From a virus (taxonomy: Duplodnaviria > Caudoviricetes), in the IMG/VR virus record IMGVR_UViG_3300036766_001430, positions 1 to 59,459 of that record: a stretch of 59,459 bases of DNA; one strand, 5' to 3'. The translations under genes were made by a program, and so were the position numbers. This document shows positions 19,156 through 28,918 of the stretch, in pieces (position 1 is the stretch's first letter; every line of letters starts with the position of its first letter). The notes below the pieces were generated by a model, which did no database searches, was not told the origin of the DNA, and saw only the letters and a program-made list of their open reading frames with translations.

Positions 19156-19371
19156 CTACACGCCGCTTCCGCCGAGCAGGTCGGCAAACGTCAGCCCCTC
19201 GCGTTCGGCAACACGTCGCAGCTTGGCGAGGGCCTGCTGTTCGAGCTGCCCGACACGAGCCCTGGAGATACCGAGGCGCGCGGCAATCTGCTTGTGCGTT
19301 AGCGCGACACCCATGTCTTCTTTGGCGACGGGCACGAGCACGACCTTGGCGGTGCGGTACTGGCGAGCCAC
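19156..19371 (-). CDS. Stand-alone sigma-70 region 4 HTH protein
   Basis: LTHKQIAARLGISRARVGQLEQQALAKLR matches the region 4.2 consensus; start uncertain. Confidence 0.75.
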   Translation of the reverse strand: MARQYRTAKVVLVPVAKEDMGVALTHKQIAARLGISRARVGQLEQQALAKLRRVAEREGLTFADLLGGSGV

Positions 19372-19376
19372 GGCCT

Positions 19377-19664
19377 TTACGCGTTCGCCTTCTCGGTGAA
19401 GCGCTCGCGCATCTCCGTCGGCACCACCCTCGCGTACCTTGACACCGCACCCGTCCGCGCGTCGTGCGACTGCGTGATGAGCGCCTGGCCTATGAGACGC
19501 TGCAGCGAGCGCGACAGTGCCGTGCGGTCGGGTGCCTGCGCGAAGTGCAGCAACGCGTCGAACGTCGTTCCCTCGTCTCCAAGCGGGTAAAGCACCGCCA
19601 GCACCGCCTTGTCGATCTTTTCCTGCCCCGCCCACTTGCTCGTCATCACCAACTCCTCATGCAC
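19377..19664 (-). CDS. Small winged-HTH-like protein
   Basis: DRTALSRSLQRLIGQALI...YARV pattern. Confidence 0.5.
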   Translation of the reverse strand: MHEELVMTSKWAGQEKIDKAVLAVLYPLGDEGTTFDALLHFAQAPDRTALSRSLQRLIGQALITQSHDARTGAVSRYARVVPTEMRERFTEKANA

Positions 19665-19766
19665 GCGCGCGACACGGGAACGAGATCACACCGCACGCGA
19701 GGAGCGCGAACCCACCTACCACGAACGGCGCGAGAATAGCAATCGCGGCTAGCCCACGCACGATCC

Positions 19767-21401
19767 TCACGTGCCGTCCTTCGTCACAAGCACCGTCGTA
19801 CCCTCGCGAAGTCGCACGAGCCGTGTGAGCAGCTCCAGCTCATCCCCCGGGCGGGCCGGGATGCCGCTGATCTCCCAGAGCCCGTCATTGCGTCGGTCGA
19901 CCATGATGTAGGCACCGCGAAAGTCGATGATCGCGCGGCCCTCGCCCCACGCCTTCACGACCGCGAAGGGCTGGTCCGCGGACATTCCGCAGTCGCGCGA
20001 GTTGAGTAGGATCGTCAAAGCGGTCATGGGGCCTGGCGTAGCAGTCTCATGGTCGGTGTTCAAGGACTCAAAGGGCGTGAACGCTTTCGGCGCCTGGGCA
20101 TGCGCGTAGCTCTGTCACGCCTGCGTAGTAGCGGCCGCCGGCATCGAGCTGGATGACGTACTCCACACCGTTCTTCACACGCACAACCGACCCCGCGAGC
20201 ACGGAGCCGATCGCGAGCCCGCGCCGTTCGCGCTCCTTCTCGCGCGGCGCCACGAGCACGCGGTCCTGCGTGCAGAACCGCCGCGCGGCGATGCTCGACG
20301 CGATGAGCGGCACCGGCGACAGCAGCGCGCGAGCACGCTGGTAAGCATGCTCGAAGCAACGGAGCCAGTGGGGCCCAGCAACGCCACCGCCGCAGTCGGT
20401 GCATCGAGTCGTCATCGTGGCATGACCATCAGTGCTTTGCCTCCCCTGGCGGGGGGTGCTCGGCCGCGACAAACTCGCCGCACGCTTGCGCGAGCGCGGC
20501 GGTGTCCTTGTCAAGCATGACCTCCGTGCCATCCGGGATTGCGTTGAACAAGCACCCCAGCGCGCGCTTCAGCAAGTCTCGCTCTGCCGTGCGAAGCACG
20601 AGCGTCTTCTCCAACCGACTCTGCTTCATCGAGCCGGTCACGTCGCCCCGCCCAGGAGCACGAGCGACGTGACCGGCCACCAGATGCCCGAGACGCGTGC
20701 CACCTCCACCGCGTCCTCGCCGATGTACTGTCGAGGCGAGCTAGCGACGGTCCGGCACTTGCCGCAGACGAACGCCGCGATCTCGTCCTTACCCTTCACG
20801 GTGAGCGCGATGGGCTCCACGATCTCTTCCGGGTTGCTCATGTCTTCCACGATCCTTTGATGTCGGTGTACGAGGGTAGCACGCCGTCGCGTTCAGCGAT
20901 GCGCCGCGCGGCCCACGCGCGCGTGTCTGCTTCGAGAAAGCGCATCGCGTCGTGCTCCTTCATGACGTCGAGCACGTGCTCTTCGAGCATGTCGTCGGGT
21001 GCTCCCATCGTGACGAGGGACACGAGGTAGTCACGCACGTCCGTTGTGCAGGCGGTGATCGTGTACGCGGCCGTGACCAGCTCTTGCGGCGTGCGTCGTT
21101 CGACGAACTGCGCGGCCAGCTCCTTGACCCACGTGGGCACGTACACGGTGTCCACGCCGTTCGCGCCGGGGCGCAACCGCAGCACGGGCACGTTCGGGAG
21201 CCAGCGCGGGGTGCTGCCCGACCGCTCCCAAGAGGGGAGGGGGACACCCCGCCGCTCGCAGCGCTGGCAGAGCGTCACGCGCACGTGCGGCGCGGGAAGG
21301 AGCTGCGTACGGGCGAACGTGCAGTTCGCGCACCGCCGCGGCGGAAAGATCTCATCGAGCCACGCAGGGAATTGCACGGGATAGCCGACCAGGTCGCTCA
21401 T
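19767..21401 (-). CDS. Run of small hypothetical ORFs (19767-20063, ~20068-20415, 20429-~20630, 20638-20850, 20838-21401)
   Basis: Closely packed co-oriented ORFs, several with CxxC pairs; individual starts uncertain. Confidence 0.5.
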
Positions 21402-21542
21402 AGCTTGCCCTGCCTCGATGCGACGTACGCCTGGCGCGCGCGACCTTCGAGGACCGCACCGAGCGAGCCGAGGACCGCACCGAGCGAGCCGATGACCGCG
21501 GCGTTGCCCCCGATAATCTTGTCCGCTCGCTGAGTTTTTACG

Positions 21543-22304
21543 TCAGCCCTTGACCAGCTTCACTTCGGCGTGCCCGCCCTTTCGCGACGGTGCCGCCCTG
21601 CACCACTTCGGGTACGTCTTGACGAGGTAGTCTGCGGCCTCCTTCGAGAGCGCGAGCGTGCGCGTTCCCGTCTGGTGCCCGCCGGGCTCCGACCGCGCGC
21701 GCTGCTTGGGCGCGATGCCGTTGTACCGCACGACCACGCGGTCATCCTGCCAGTAGAGCAGCGTGCGCTCGATGTCGCTCTTGATCGCGCACACGAGCCG
21801 GTGCTTCTTGTCGTTCACGTTCCCGTACAGCGTGCCGATGATCGGACGCAGATCGAACGTCACGTTGCCGCTCATGAAGAAGCCGTTGCACAACGGGTAC
21901 AGCCCCCAGATGCGGGCCTTGGTCTCGGTGCACGCCTCGAAGCCGGCGTTGAACAGCTCGACCAAGTCGGTCACGCGGCTCATGTCGTTCGAGCCCTTGA
22001 CCGGCGATGCCCACACGCCATCCACGTCATCGTCGGACTGCACGAGCCGCGCGCCGTCGGGATAGTGGTCGGTGATGAAGTTGCGCTGCGCACCGAGCCC
22101 CGGCACGCCGACGATGATCTTGCCGTACGTGCTCGCGTCGAGCCCGGCTGCGTAGGACGCGCGCTCTGCCTCGCTTGCGACGAAGAGGTGGATGAGCGCC
22201 GCAGGCACGCCCCCCTCGCGTAGCGTCGTGAGCGTGCGACGCGCGATCGTCTCCACTCGCTGGTATGTCGGAATGGCAACTACCCAGTCGTTCGGTTCGG
22301 TCAT
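21543..22304 (-). CDS. TET-associated GT-A glycosyltransferase (TAGT/GREB1-like)
   Basis: VAIPTYQR...TL..L...IHLFV...E...Y...GLGAQRNFI...QSDDDV (DxD)...IWGLYP...KSDIERTL...VVRYN...PGG; ATGA overlap with the deacetylase. Confidence 0.85.
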   Translation of the reverse strand: MTEPNDWVVAIPTYQRVETIARRTLTTLREGGVPAALIHLFVASEAERASYAAGLDASTYGKIIVGVPGLGAQRNFITDHYPDGARLVQSDDDVDGVWASPVKGSNDMSRVTDLVELFNAGFEACTETKARIWGLYPLCNGFFMSGNVTFDLRPIIGTLYGNVNDKKHRLVCAIKSDIERTLLYWQDDRVVVRYNGIAPKQRARSEPGGHQTGTRTLALSKEAADYLVKTYPKWCRAAPSRKGGHAEVKLVKG

Positions 22305-22963
22305 AGGAGTCCTCTCACTAGCCAGAATGCTTCTGCCGCCGGCACGCCGATCTCTGCCCCGCGCATCCTCGCCCACGTCTCTGCGCGAGCGACATCGAGC
22401 CACGTGCCCGGCCGACCCACCTGCGAGTCGTACGCTGCGAGCGTGAGGAGCTTCGCCGCCAGCACGCGCTCGCTCAACGGCAGGTGGAACTTCCCGCCGG
22501 GCAGCTCTGGCGGGGGCCAGCTCGCTGCGTATGGGTACTCGTACAGCGCCACGAGCCGGATGCCGATCGTGGATGCCCGCGGGCGCAACGCTGCGAGCGT
22601 CGCGCGGTACACGGCCTGGTGGTCCTGGTGGTGGGACGCGTAGGGCACGAAGAGCGAGGTCGGGCGGAAGTCGTCGATGGCTTGGTCGATCACCCTCACG
22701 AGCGACGCCAGCGGCAGCGTGTCGAGCAGGCCCTGGCTGCCGGGGAACGCGACGGTCGCGCCGCGCACGCCCAAGCGCTGCATCGCCAGGTCCATCTCGG
22801 CGCGCGTCTGCTCGCCGGGGCTGGGCGGTGTCTTGCCAAGCGACATCACGAGCACGCGGTGCTCGCGCGAGTCGCGCGAGATGAGCAGACCGCCGCACCC
22901 TAAAGTTTCATCATCCGCATGGGGAGCGACAACCAGGATTCTTTCATCCCACCCAGTGGTCAT
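22301..22963 (-). CDS. PIG-L/LmbE family N-acetylglucosaminyl deacetylase
   Basis: VVAPHADDETLGCGG, HHQDH, YEYP, AYDSQ, AEAF motifs; ATGA overlap. Confidence 0.92.
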   Translation of the reverse strand: MTTGWDERILVVAPHADDETLGCGGLLISRDSREHRVLVMSLGKTPPSPGEQTRAEMDLAMQRLGVRGATVAFPGSQGLLDTLPLASLVRVIDQAIDDFRPTSLFVPYASHHQDHQAVYRATLAALRPRASTIGIRLVALYEYPYAASWPPPELPGGKFHLPLSERVLAAKLLTLAAYDSQVGRPGTWLDVARAETWARMRGAEIGVPAAEAFWLVRGLL

Positions 22964-23841
22964 GCGGATCGCGGGTCCTTCAGCAGTCCAAGGCGGAAGC
23001 CGCCGTTGTAGTCGCAGCGCGCGCACGGCGGTCCGCTGCGGTCCTTGACGTAGATCGCGCGCAGCGCTGCGGCGTGGCGCTCGCCGAACCAGATGTCGCG
23101 CACGCTCTGCTCGGGGAACTTCCCGAGCACGTACTCTTCCTTCCAGTCGTGGCAGCAGAGGACCACGGTACCGTCGTAATACAGGATGAACTCGCGGAAC
23201 GGTCGCGCGCATCCCTTGTCCAGCGGCTCGGTGAGCTGCTCGACGCCGAACTTGTCGAGCATCGTCTTGGGGTCGGAGTTTCCGGCCATGTTGTGCAGCA
23301 CGCGCACCTTCACGAGCCTCGCAGGGTCAGCGACGTCAGGCACGAGCGACACGACCGCAAGCTTCTCGCCGTTGGGGTGGCGCTGGTACGCGGAGAAGTC
23401 GCGGAAGTCCTTGAGCTGGATGTCGGTGCCGGCGGTGACGCGCGCGACCAGCTCCTTGAAGCGGTCGTACGTCCCGTTGTAGCAGTCGATGTTGAGGATG
23501 TTGACCCCCGACTCGAAGAGCCGGATGAGCAGCTCTGGCTCGCGCAGGATGCGCACGCCGTTCGAGAACATCGACACCTGGCTCATCGGCGCGCGGTGAC
23601 GGAACGTGGAGAGCAGCTCCTCCACCTTCGGGTTGAGCGTGGGCTCGCCTCGCAGCGCCAGCTCCACGCGCGGCTTGGGCACCATGCGCACGTAGTCTTG
23701 GAGGAACGCGTCGAGCAGCGCCAGCTCCAGAAAGCGCTTCACCTCGTACTCAGCGGGGTCAGCGTAGATGGGGCAGAACTTGCACGCGAGGTTGCACCCA
23801 CGTGAGAACTCGACCTTGAGCGTCCAGGGGTTCGCGATCAC
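22960..23841 (-). CDS. Radical SAM protein with SPASM/Twitch domain
   Basis: CNLACKFC (CxxxCxxC), GEPTL, SNG, CARPF...DGTVVLCCHDW...CARC; GTGA overlap with the TET gene. Confidence 0.92.
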   Translation of the reverse strand: MIANPWTLKVEFSRGCNLACKFCPIYADPAEYEVKRFLELALLDAFLQDYVRMVPKPRVELALRGEPTLNPKVEELLSTFRHRAPMSQVSMFSNGVRILREPELLIRLFESGVNILNIDCYNGTYDRFKELVARVTAGTDIQLKDFRDFSAYQRHPNGEKLAVVSLVPDVADPARLVKVRVLHNMAGNSDPKTMLDKFGVEQLTEPLDKGCARPFREFILYYDGTVVLCCHDWKEEYVLGKFPEQSVRDIWFGERHAAALRAIYVKDRSGPPCARCDYNGGFRLGLLKDPRSA

Positions 23842-24779
23842 GACTGGTCGACCGGCACGTCTTCGTCGTCGTCGCGAGCGGCGTTGAGGTCGGTGATGTT
23901 GCCGCGAAGGTGCTGCGCGCGTGCCAGCTCCTCGGCCGGCGACAAGCACTCCACCATGCGCTCGCGGTAGTAGCAGACCACCGAGATGCGTTCGTGCCCC
24001 GCGGGGTCTGCCTCTTCCCCGACAGCGTCCTCGAAGGGCGTGTTGCCGTGGACCTCGTGCACGTCGAACAGGATGAGGTCGCGATCGCCAAGGTCCACGC
24101 CCACGCCGTACGCGGGCACGACCAGGTTGCATCCGCGGTAGGAGCCGCGGCGCAGCACCGCCATCACGCCGAAGCCGGCGTGGAGGTCGCCGCCATCCTT
24201 GTGGTACCCACCCGCGTAGGTGTTGTTGACCGTCATCGTCGTGAACGGTGACTCGGGGATGACGTACGCGGGATGCGTCTTCGCGCACGCGTCCATCTGC
24301 GCCTTGAAGCGACCGGGCACGTGCTCCGCGAGCAGCTTGCCTGCCTCCTGCGCGAGCGGCTTCACCTTGTCCCAGCCCTCGTGGTTGTTGACGATGATCG
24401 GGCTCGTGCCGCAGTACGGGTACCGCGGGTAACGATCGAAGAAGCCGATGACGCACGAGCGGATGGGCAGCGTCTCGCTCGTGTGACCCTTGGTCCCGTC
24501 CTTCTTTACACGGAAGAAGCGCGGCTCACCGGAGAAGACCCCGCGGTTCTTCGTGACGTGCTTCTTGAGCGAGTGCAGGAACGGGTACGCGCCGTTGGCC
24601 GTCTCTTCGGAGATGGCCTTGCGCAGCACCGTGAGCAGTCGCGTGCCGTCAGGCTTGAAGACGGTGACGTCGAGGTCACCCGTAAGCAGCATGCCGTAGT
24701 CGGCCGCGCGAGCGCGCCGGCCGATGACCGCCTTCACCTTCTCCGCATCAACTCGCGCCCGTAGCTGAACTATCTGCAC
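23838..24779 (-). CDS. TET/JBP-family 2OG-Fe(II) pyrimidine dioxygenase
   Basis: FTTMTVNN...YHKDGGD (HxD)...LILFDVHEVHGNT (H)...ERISVVCYYRE (R), the phage TET/JBP signature. Confidence 0.9.
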   Translation of the reverse strand: MQIVQLRARVDAEKVKAVIGRRARAADYGMLLTGDLDVTVFKPDGTRLLTVLRKAISEETANGAYPFLHSLKKHVTKNRGVFSGEPRFFRVKKDGTKGHTSETLPIRSCVIGFFDRYPRYPYCGTSPIIVNNHEGWDKVKPLAQEAGKLLAEHVPGRFKAQMDACAKTHPAYVIPESPFTTMTVNNTYAGGYHKDGGDLHAGFGVMAVLRRGSYRGCNLVVPAYGVGVDLGDRDLILFDVHEVHGNTPFEDAVGEEADPAGHERISVVCYYRERMVECLSPAEELARAQHLRGNITDLNAARDDDEDVPVDQS

Positions 24780-25461
24780 GTCGGATCGCCTCCATCGTGG
24801 TGTCGGTCACCGTCTTCGTTCCGTAGACAGCCGCGAGCTTCTTCATGTGCTCCATGAACTCGCCGTGCGTCGTGTCGTTGAGGAATAGCTGCACCATGCG
24901 CACGTTCGACGTCGGCACCGCATCCGACGGCCCATCCGCCGGACCCCTGGCCGTGGGGTCGAGATCCGTGCCCATGTCGACCTCGGGCACCGCGAGCAGC
25001 GCCATCAGCACGTCGTCCTGGAAGCCGAGGTCGAGTGCGAGGTTGGAGCCGTCTCCTTCGGCGAACTGGATGTCGCGCACCAGCTCGGCCAACGCCGTCT
25101 CATCCCACGCACCGCGCTTCTGATTCATCTTGACGGTGAGCGCCTTGGCCTGCGCCTCGGTGAGCTTGTGCAGGAAGACCATCGGTCCGTCCTTGAACCC
25201 AAGCTCGCGCGCGACGAGCAGCCGGTGCTCCCCGTCGATGACGACGTTCTTCGTCGCACCCTCCTGATCCGTGCCCCAGATGAGGAGTGCCTGGGACGCA
25301 AGCCACCCGTCCTCTTCGAGCCCGTGCTTGAGAGACGCTCGGATGAACGGCGTCATCCGATTCGGGTTCCACGTGTTGGGCTCCACCTTGGAGAGCAACG
25401 TCATCGCGGCTTTGCCGACGACGCGGGGGGCCTTGGGAGTCTCGGTGGCTTCGTCGTTCAT
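24748..25461 (-). CDS. ParB/Srx-like protein
   Basis: PNTWNPNRM...L..DG...IDGEHR..VARELG...TVKMNQKRG; overlaps the TET start. Confidence 0.85.
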   Translation of the reverse strand: MNDEATETPKAPRVVGKAAMTLLSKVEPNTWNPNRMTPFIRASLKHGLEEDGWLASQALLIWGTDQEGATKNVVIDGEHRLLVARELGFKDGPMVFLHKLTEAQAKALTVKMNQKRGAWDETALAELVRDIQFAEGDGSNLALDLGFQDDVLMALLAVPEVDMGTDLDPTARGPADGPSDAVPTSNVRMVQLFLNDTTHGEFMEHMKKLAAVYGTKTVTDTTMEAIRRADSSATGAS

Positions 25462-25615
25462 GCTCTTCTGCGTACCAGGCGACGACTCACGCAGCAATAC
25501 CAGACGTCTCACGCGTCACATTACGTGTGCCCATGATTCTCGGCGCACGGCCAACACGCGTTGGGACCTCCCGACCTGTCGACTCGGTGGAGCACGTCGC
25601 CTTCAGTGTTAGGCC

Positions 25616-27247
25616 TCACCGCGCGATCCCTCCTTCGACACGTATCACTTTCGAGGGCCGCAGCGCGGAGACCAACGCCTTGGAGTGGGAGATGACGAGG
25701 ACGCAGCGATTGCGCCCCAGCTCCTCGATCGCGTCCACCGCGCAGTCTACACCGCTTTCGTCCAAAGCATCGAGGCACTCATCGAAGAAGAGCGTGCCAG
25801 GGGGCAGGCCGTACGCGGCTGCCGCGACCTCGGCCAGAGCGAGCATCAGCGCGATGTCGATGCGCCGTCGCTCACCCCCGCTCGATGCCTTGTACCCGAA
25901 GCCGCCACCGGCGCCGGTCACCTCCATCGCGATGACCTCGCTGGTCGCGCCGCTCTTGCGCGTGGCGTATGGATTCAGCTTCAGGCGCATGTCCTTCGAC
26001 GCGAGCCGGCCGAGCCAGTCGTTGGCGACCGCCTCGATGCCCGACAGCGCCTCACCCAGCACTGTCGCGCGCACGCCGCGCAGCGATAGCACCTTGTCAC
26101 ACGCTTGGAGGAGCGCGAGGTTCGTCTCAGCATCGTTGAGGATGGCGATCGAGTCGTTGGCGCTCTGGCTCGCGGCCTCGTGAGCGTCGTGCGCGGCTTG
26201 CTTCTGCGCCGTGAGCTGCTTCACGCGCCGCATCGCCTGCTCGACCTGCTGCACCTTCGAGCGCGCCTCGATCGCCTTCTTCGCGATGAGGTCGCGCTCC
26301 TCGCGCAGCTCCCCAAGCATCGTGAGCGTGCCCGCCGCTTCCACCAGAGCACGCTCGTGCGCCTGGCGAGACTTCTCGCCGGCCGCATCGGCATCGCGCG
26401 TGAGCTTGAGCCGCATGTCCGTGGGGATGGGCTGGGTGCAGGTCGGGCAGGTGTCGGCGCGCAGTCGTGCGAGCGTCGCGGTGATCTGCCGCGCGAGCGC
26501 TGCCTCTTCCCCGCCGGCCGCATCCGCCTTGCGCATCTCGATCTCCGCTGCGCGGATGTCCGTGTCGGCCGCGCGCACGAGACCTTCGAGACGGTTCGCC
26601 GTCGCAGCCTCCACCGTGGCGTCTGGGATCTCCGGTTCCGCGTCGAGCAAGCGCGCGGCGTCCTGGATGCGCACCGCTTCGTTGTCGCGACGCGCGATCG
26701 ACGTCGCTAGAGCGAGCTTGTGGCGCGCGACCTCCTGCTCTGCGAGACGCAGCTCAGCGCGGCACTTCTCGCTGCCGATGTCGAAGCGATCGAGCCCGAG
26801 CACCTGCTCCAAGAGCCGCTTGCGCTCGCCGTCAGTGGCGAGTGAGAAGTGCGCCGCGTCGTGCGAGCTGAACACGCACGTGCGCCGCCACACGTCCCAA
26901 GAGCCGATGACGTGCTCCAGTGCGTCCTGCGCCTTGCCGGTCGTCTCATACGTCGTGGCCTCACCGCCGGCCGACCACACGAGCTTCTTCGTGCTCTTGG
27001 TCCGCGTGCGTATGACGTCGAGATCTTCGAGCGTCTTGAACCCGGCCCAGCTCTTGGCCGCCGACTCCTGCCACGGCTCGGAGCCGCGCAGCGTCACGCC
27101 CCACCCGGCCACCGACACGGCTTCGATGATCGAAGACTTGCCGCTGCCGTTCTCGCCGACCACTAGCACGACGCCGGTGCGCGGGAGCTTCACGACGGTC
27201 TTGGCGTGCGACATGAAGCCGGCCAGCGAGATGGTGGACACGTTCAC
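25616..27247 (-). CDS. Rad50/SbcC-like SMC ATPase
   Basis: GENGSGKS Walker A, CPTC zinc hook, SGGERRR signature, FFDE Walker B, ISH. Confidence 0.93.
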   Translation of the reverse strand: MNVSTISLAGFMSHAKTVVKLPRTGVVLVVGENGSGKSSIIEAVSVAGWGVTLRGSEPWQESAAKSWAGFKTLEDLDVIRTRTKSTKKLVWSAGGEATTYETTGKAQDALEHVIGSWDVWRRTCVFSSHDAAHFSLATDGERKRLLEQVLGLDRFDIGSEKCRAELRLAEQEVARHKLALATSIARRDNEAVRIQDAARLLDAEPEIPDATVEAATANRLEGLVRAADTDIRAAEIEMRKADAAGGEEAALARQITATLARLRADTCPTCTQPIPTDMRLKLTRDADAAGEKSRQAHERALVEAAGTLTMLGELREERDLIAKKAIEARSKVQQVEQAMRRVKQLTAQKQAAHDAHEAASQSANDSIAILNDAETNLALLQACDKVLSLRGVRATVLGEALSGIEAVANDWLGRLASKDMRLKLNPYATRKSGATSEVIAMEVTGAGGGFGYKASSGGERRRIDIALMLALAEVAAAAYGLPPGTLFFDECLDALDESGVDCAVDAIEELGRNRCVLVISHSKALVSALRPSKVIRVEGGIAR

Positions 27248-27363
27248 TTGGAAGCCTCCTCGATGTACGCGATAGCGCGTCGAAGACTCTCGACATCTTC
27301 GCCGACGGCGAGCCCTGCCTGCGCGTTGCGGAGGTCGGCCAACGCCTCTTTCTCGTCGGTCAT
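27244..27363 (-). CDS. 39-aa coupled mini-ORF resembling an EndoVII C-terminal tail
   Basis: MTDEKEALADLRNAQAGLAVGEDVESLRRAIAYIEEASK; overlapping start/stop on both sides. Confidence 0.45.
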   Translation of the reverse strand: MTDEKEALADLRNAQAGLAVGEDVESLRRAIAYIEEASK

Positions 27364-28484
27364 CGTAGGAACTCCTGGCACTTCGCAAGCACGCGGTCCT
27401 TGGTCAGCTCATCGGGCAGGTCGAGCGGCGCGTTGGCGATGTAGCTCGCCAGCGCTTCATCGAGCGTGGTCGCGCTACGCGCGATGCCCGCGGCCTTGTG
27501 CGCTTGCTCGCGCGCTTCCTCGGCTCCTGTCGTGAGCACCTCGAAGGACGTGACCGTGCCGTTCTCCTTCGCTACTTCGAGCAGTCGCGAGCCCGTGGCA
27601 ACCTCGTCACGAGGCAGGTGCGCGCTGACGTAGATCGCTAGGTTGTCGCGGTGCGGAGCGTTCGCCATGCGCGGGTGCTTGAGCATCTCGCGCAGCTCCG
27701 CAGGTCCGTCCACACGCACGAAGCGCGGGCCGGCGACGCTCTGGATCGTGACGCGCTCCTCGGCTGCGTCGTCCCAGATCGCGACCCCGCCATACCCCTC
27801 GAAGCCGGGGTTGTCCCAGCCGGTCGGGCAGAGCGCGCCGATCTGCAAGATGCCCGGCCACTGCCGCCGGTCGTGCCAGTCGCCCGCGAACGAGTAGTTG
27901 ATGTGGTACTCGATCATGAGCTTGAGCAGCACCGTCGCTTCGATCGACCCGCGCGAGCCTTGCAAGAACGCCGCAGTCTTCTCGTCCGCGATGCCGGCGT
28001 GGATGCCTAGCAACCGCGCCCGACCGCGCACCGCGGGTGGCAACGCAGCGAGGGCACACGTAATGCGCTCGGCAGCAGGCGCGCTCGCTGCGTGCGGCAC
28101 GAGAACCAGCTCCACGCGACCCGAGGCCAGCGTGATGACTTCGGGAGTGTCCACGACGCGGCACACGGTCGCGAACGGCGCCAGCGAGTTGTCGCCGGGC
28201 TCGTCACTCGTCATCTCGTGGTTGCCGGCGATGAGGATCGAGTCGAGCGGCGAGCCCTTGATGATCGCGAGCGCGTCAGCGAGGAGCTGCGGTTCGGGAC
28301 GGTCCCCATCGAGCAAGTCGCCCAACACGACCATCGTGGTCGCACCGGCTGCCTCGGCGCGCTCGTACGCTCCACGCAACGCGGCCAGCGTCGCGAAGCA
28401 CCGCGCGTTGAGCGAGCGCTCGGATGCGCCACCGTGGCGTCGATGGTTGCCCAGGTGACAATCCGCGATCCATGCAATCTTCAT
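27360..28484 (-). CDS. Mre11/SbcD-like metallophosphoesterase nuclease
   Basis: ADCHLG, LGDLLD, AGNHE, HAG, GDWH motifs; adjacent to the Rad50-like gene. Confidence 0.92.
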   Translation of the reverse strand: MKIAWIADCHLGNHRRHGGASERSLNARCFATLAALRGAYERAEAAGATTMVVLGDLLDGDRPEPQLLADALAIIKGSPLDSILIAGNHEMTSDEPGDNSLAPFATVCRVVDTPEVITLASGRVELVLVPHAASAPAAERITCALAALPPAVRGRARLLGIHAGIADEKTAAFLQGSRGSIEATVLLKLMIEYHINYSFAGDWHDRRQWPGILQIGALCPTGWDNPGFEGYGGVAIWDDAAEERVTIQSVAGPRFVRVDGPAELREMLKHPRMANAPHRDNLAIYVSAHLPRDEVATGSRLLEVAKENGTVTSFEVLTTGAEEAREQAHKAAGIARSATTLDEALASYIANAPLDLPDELTKDRVLAKCQEFLR

Positions 28485-28918
28485 GAGGAGTGCTTCTCCA
28501 GATACGCGATGGCCGAGCGCAGCACGCGCACGCTCTCGCGTAACGAACCGATGCCCGAGTTGCATTGCCGACAGAGCAGCTCGCGTATCTGCCCCGTCGT
28601 GTGGTTATGGTCGACACACCAAAGACGGCCGATGCCTTGGTGCGGTCTAGGAGCTTCACCGCAGATAGCGCAGAGACCTTCCTGCGCTGCGATCATCGCG
28701 TCGAGCTGCGCGACGGTGAGCCGGTACGCTCGCCAGTAGTATTCGTTCCGCTTCGCGACCACGGGGTCGAAGTTCGCGGGGTCAGCGTGACGCCGTACAT
28801 GATGCCCCTTTTTCCAGAGTTGCCCGCGCCCCACGCTGACTGGCTCGCCGCATCCGCACTTGCAGAGCAACGGTCGGGCGTCTGCGATGAAGGCGATACG
28901 AGTCACGCGCGCTCCCAT
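28481..28918 (-). mobile_element. Endonuclease VII-domain (homing-type) endonuclease
   Basis: CKCGCG, QEGLCAIC, VDHNHTTGQIRELLCRQCN..IG...LRSAIAYL. Confidence 0.85.

Noticed and set aside
21448-21490. 21-bp tandem duplication downstream of the glycosyltransferase
   Set aside because: Lies in a short startless frame (GSLGAVL x2); probably a local duplication in a gene relic.
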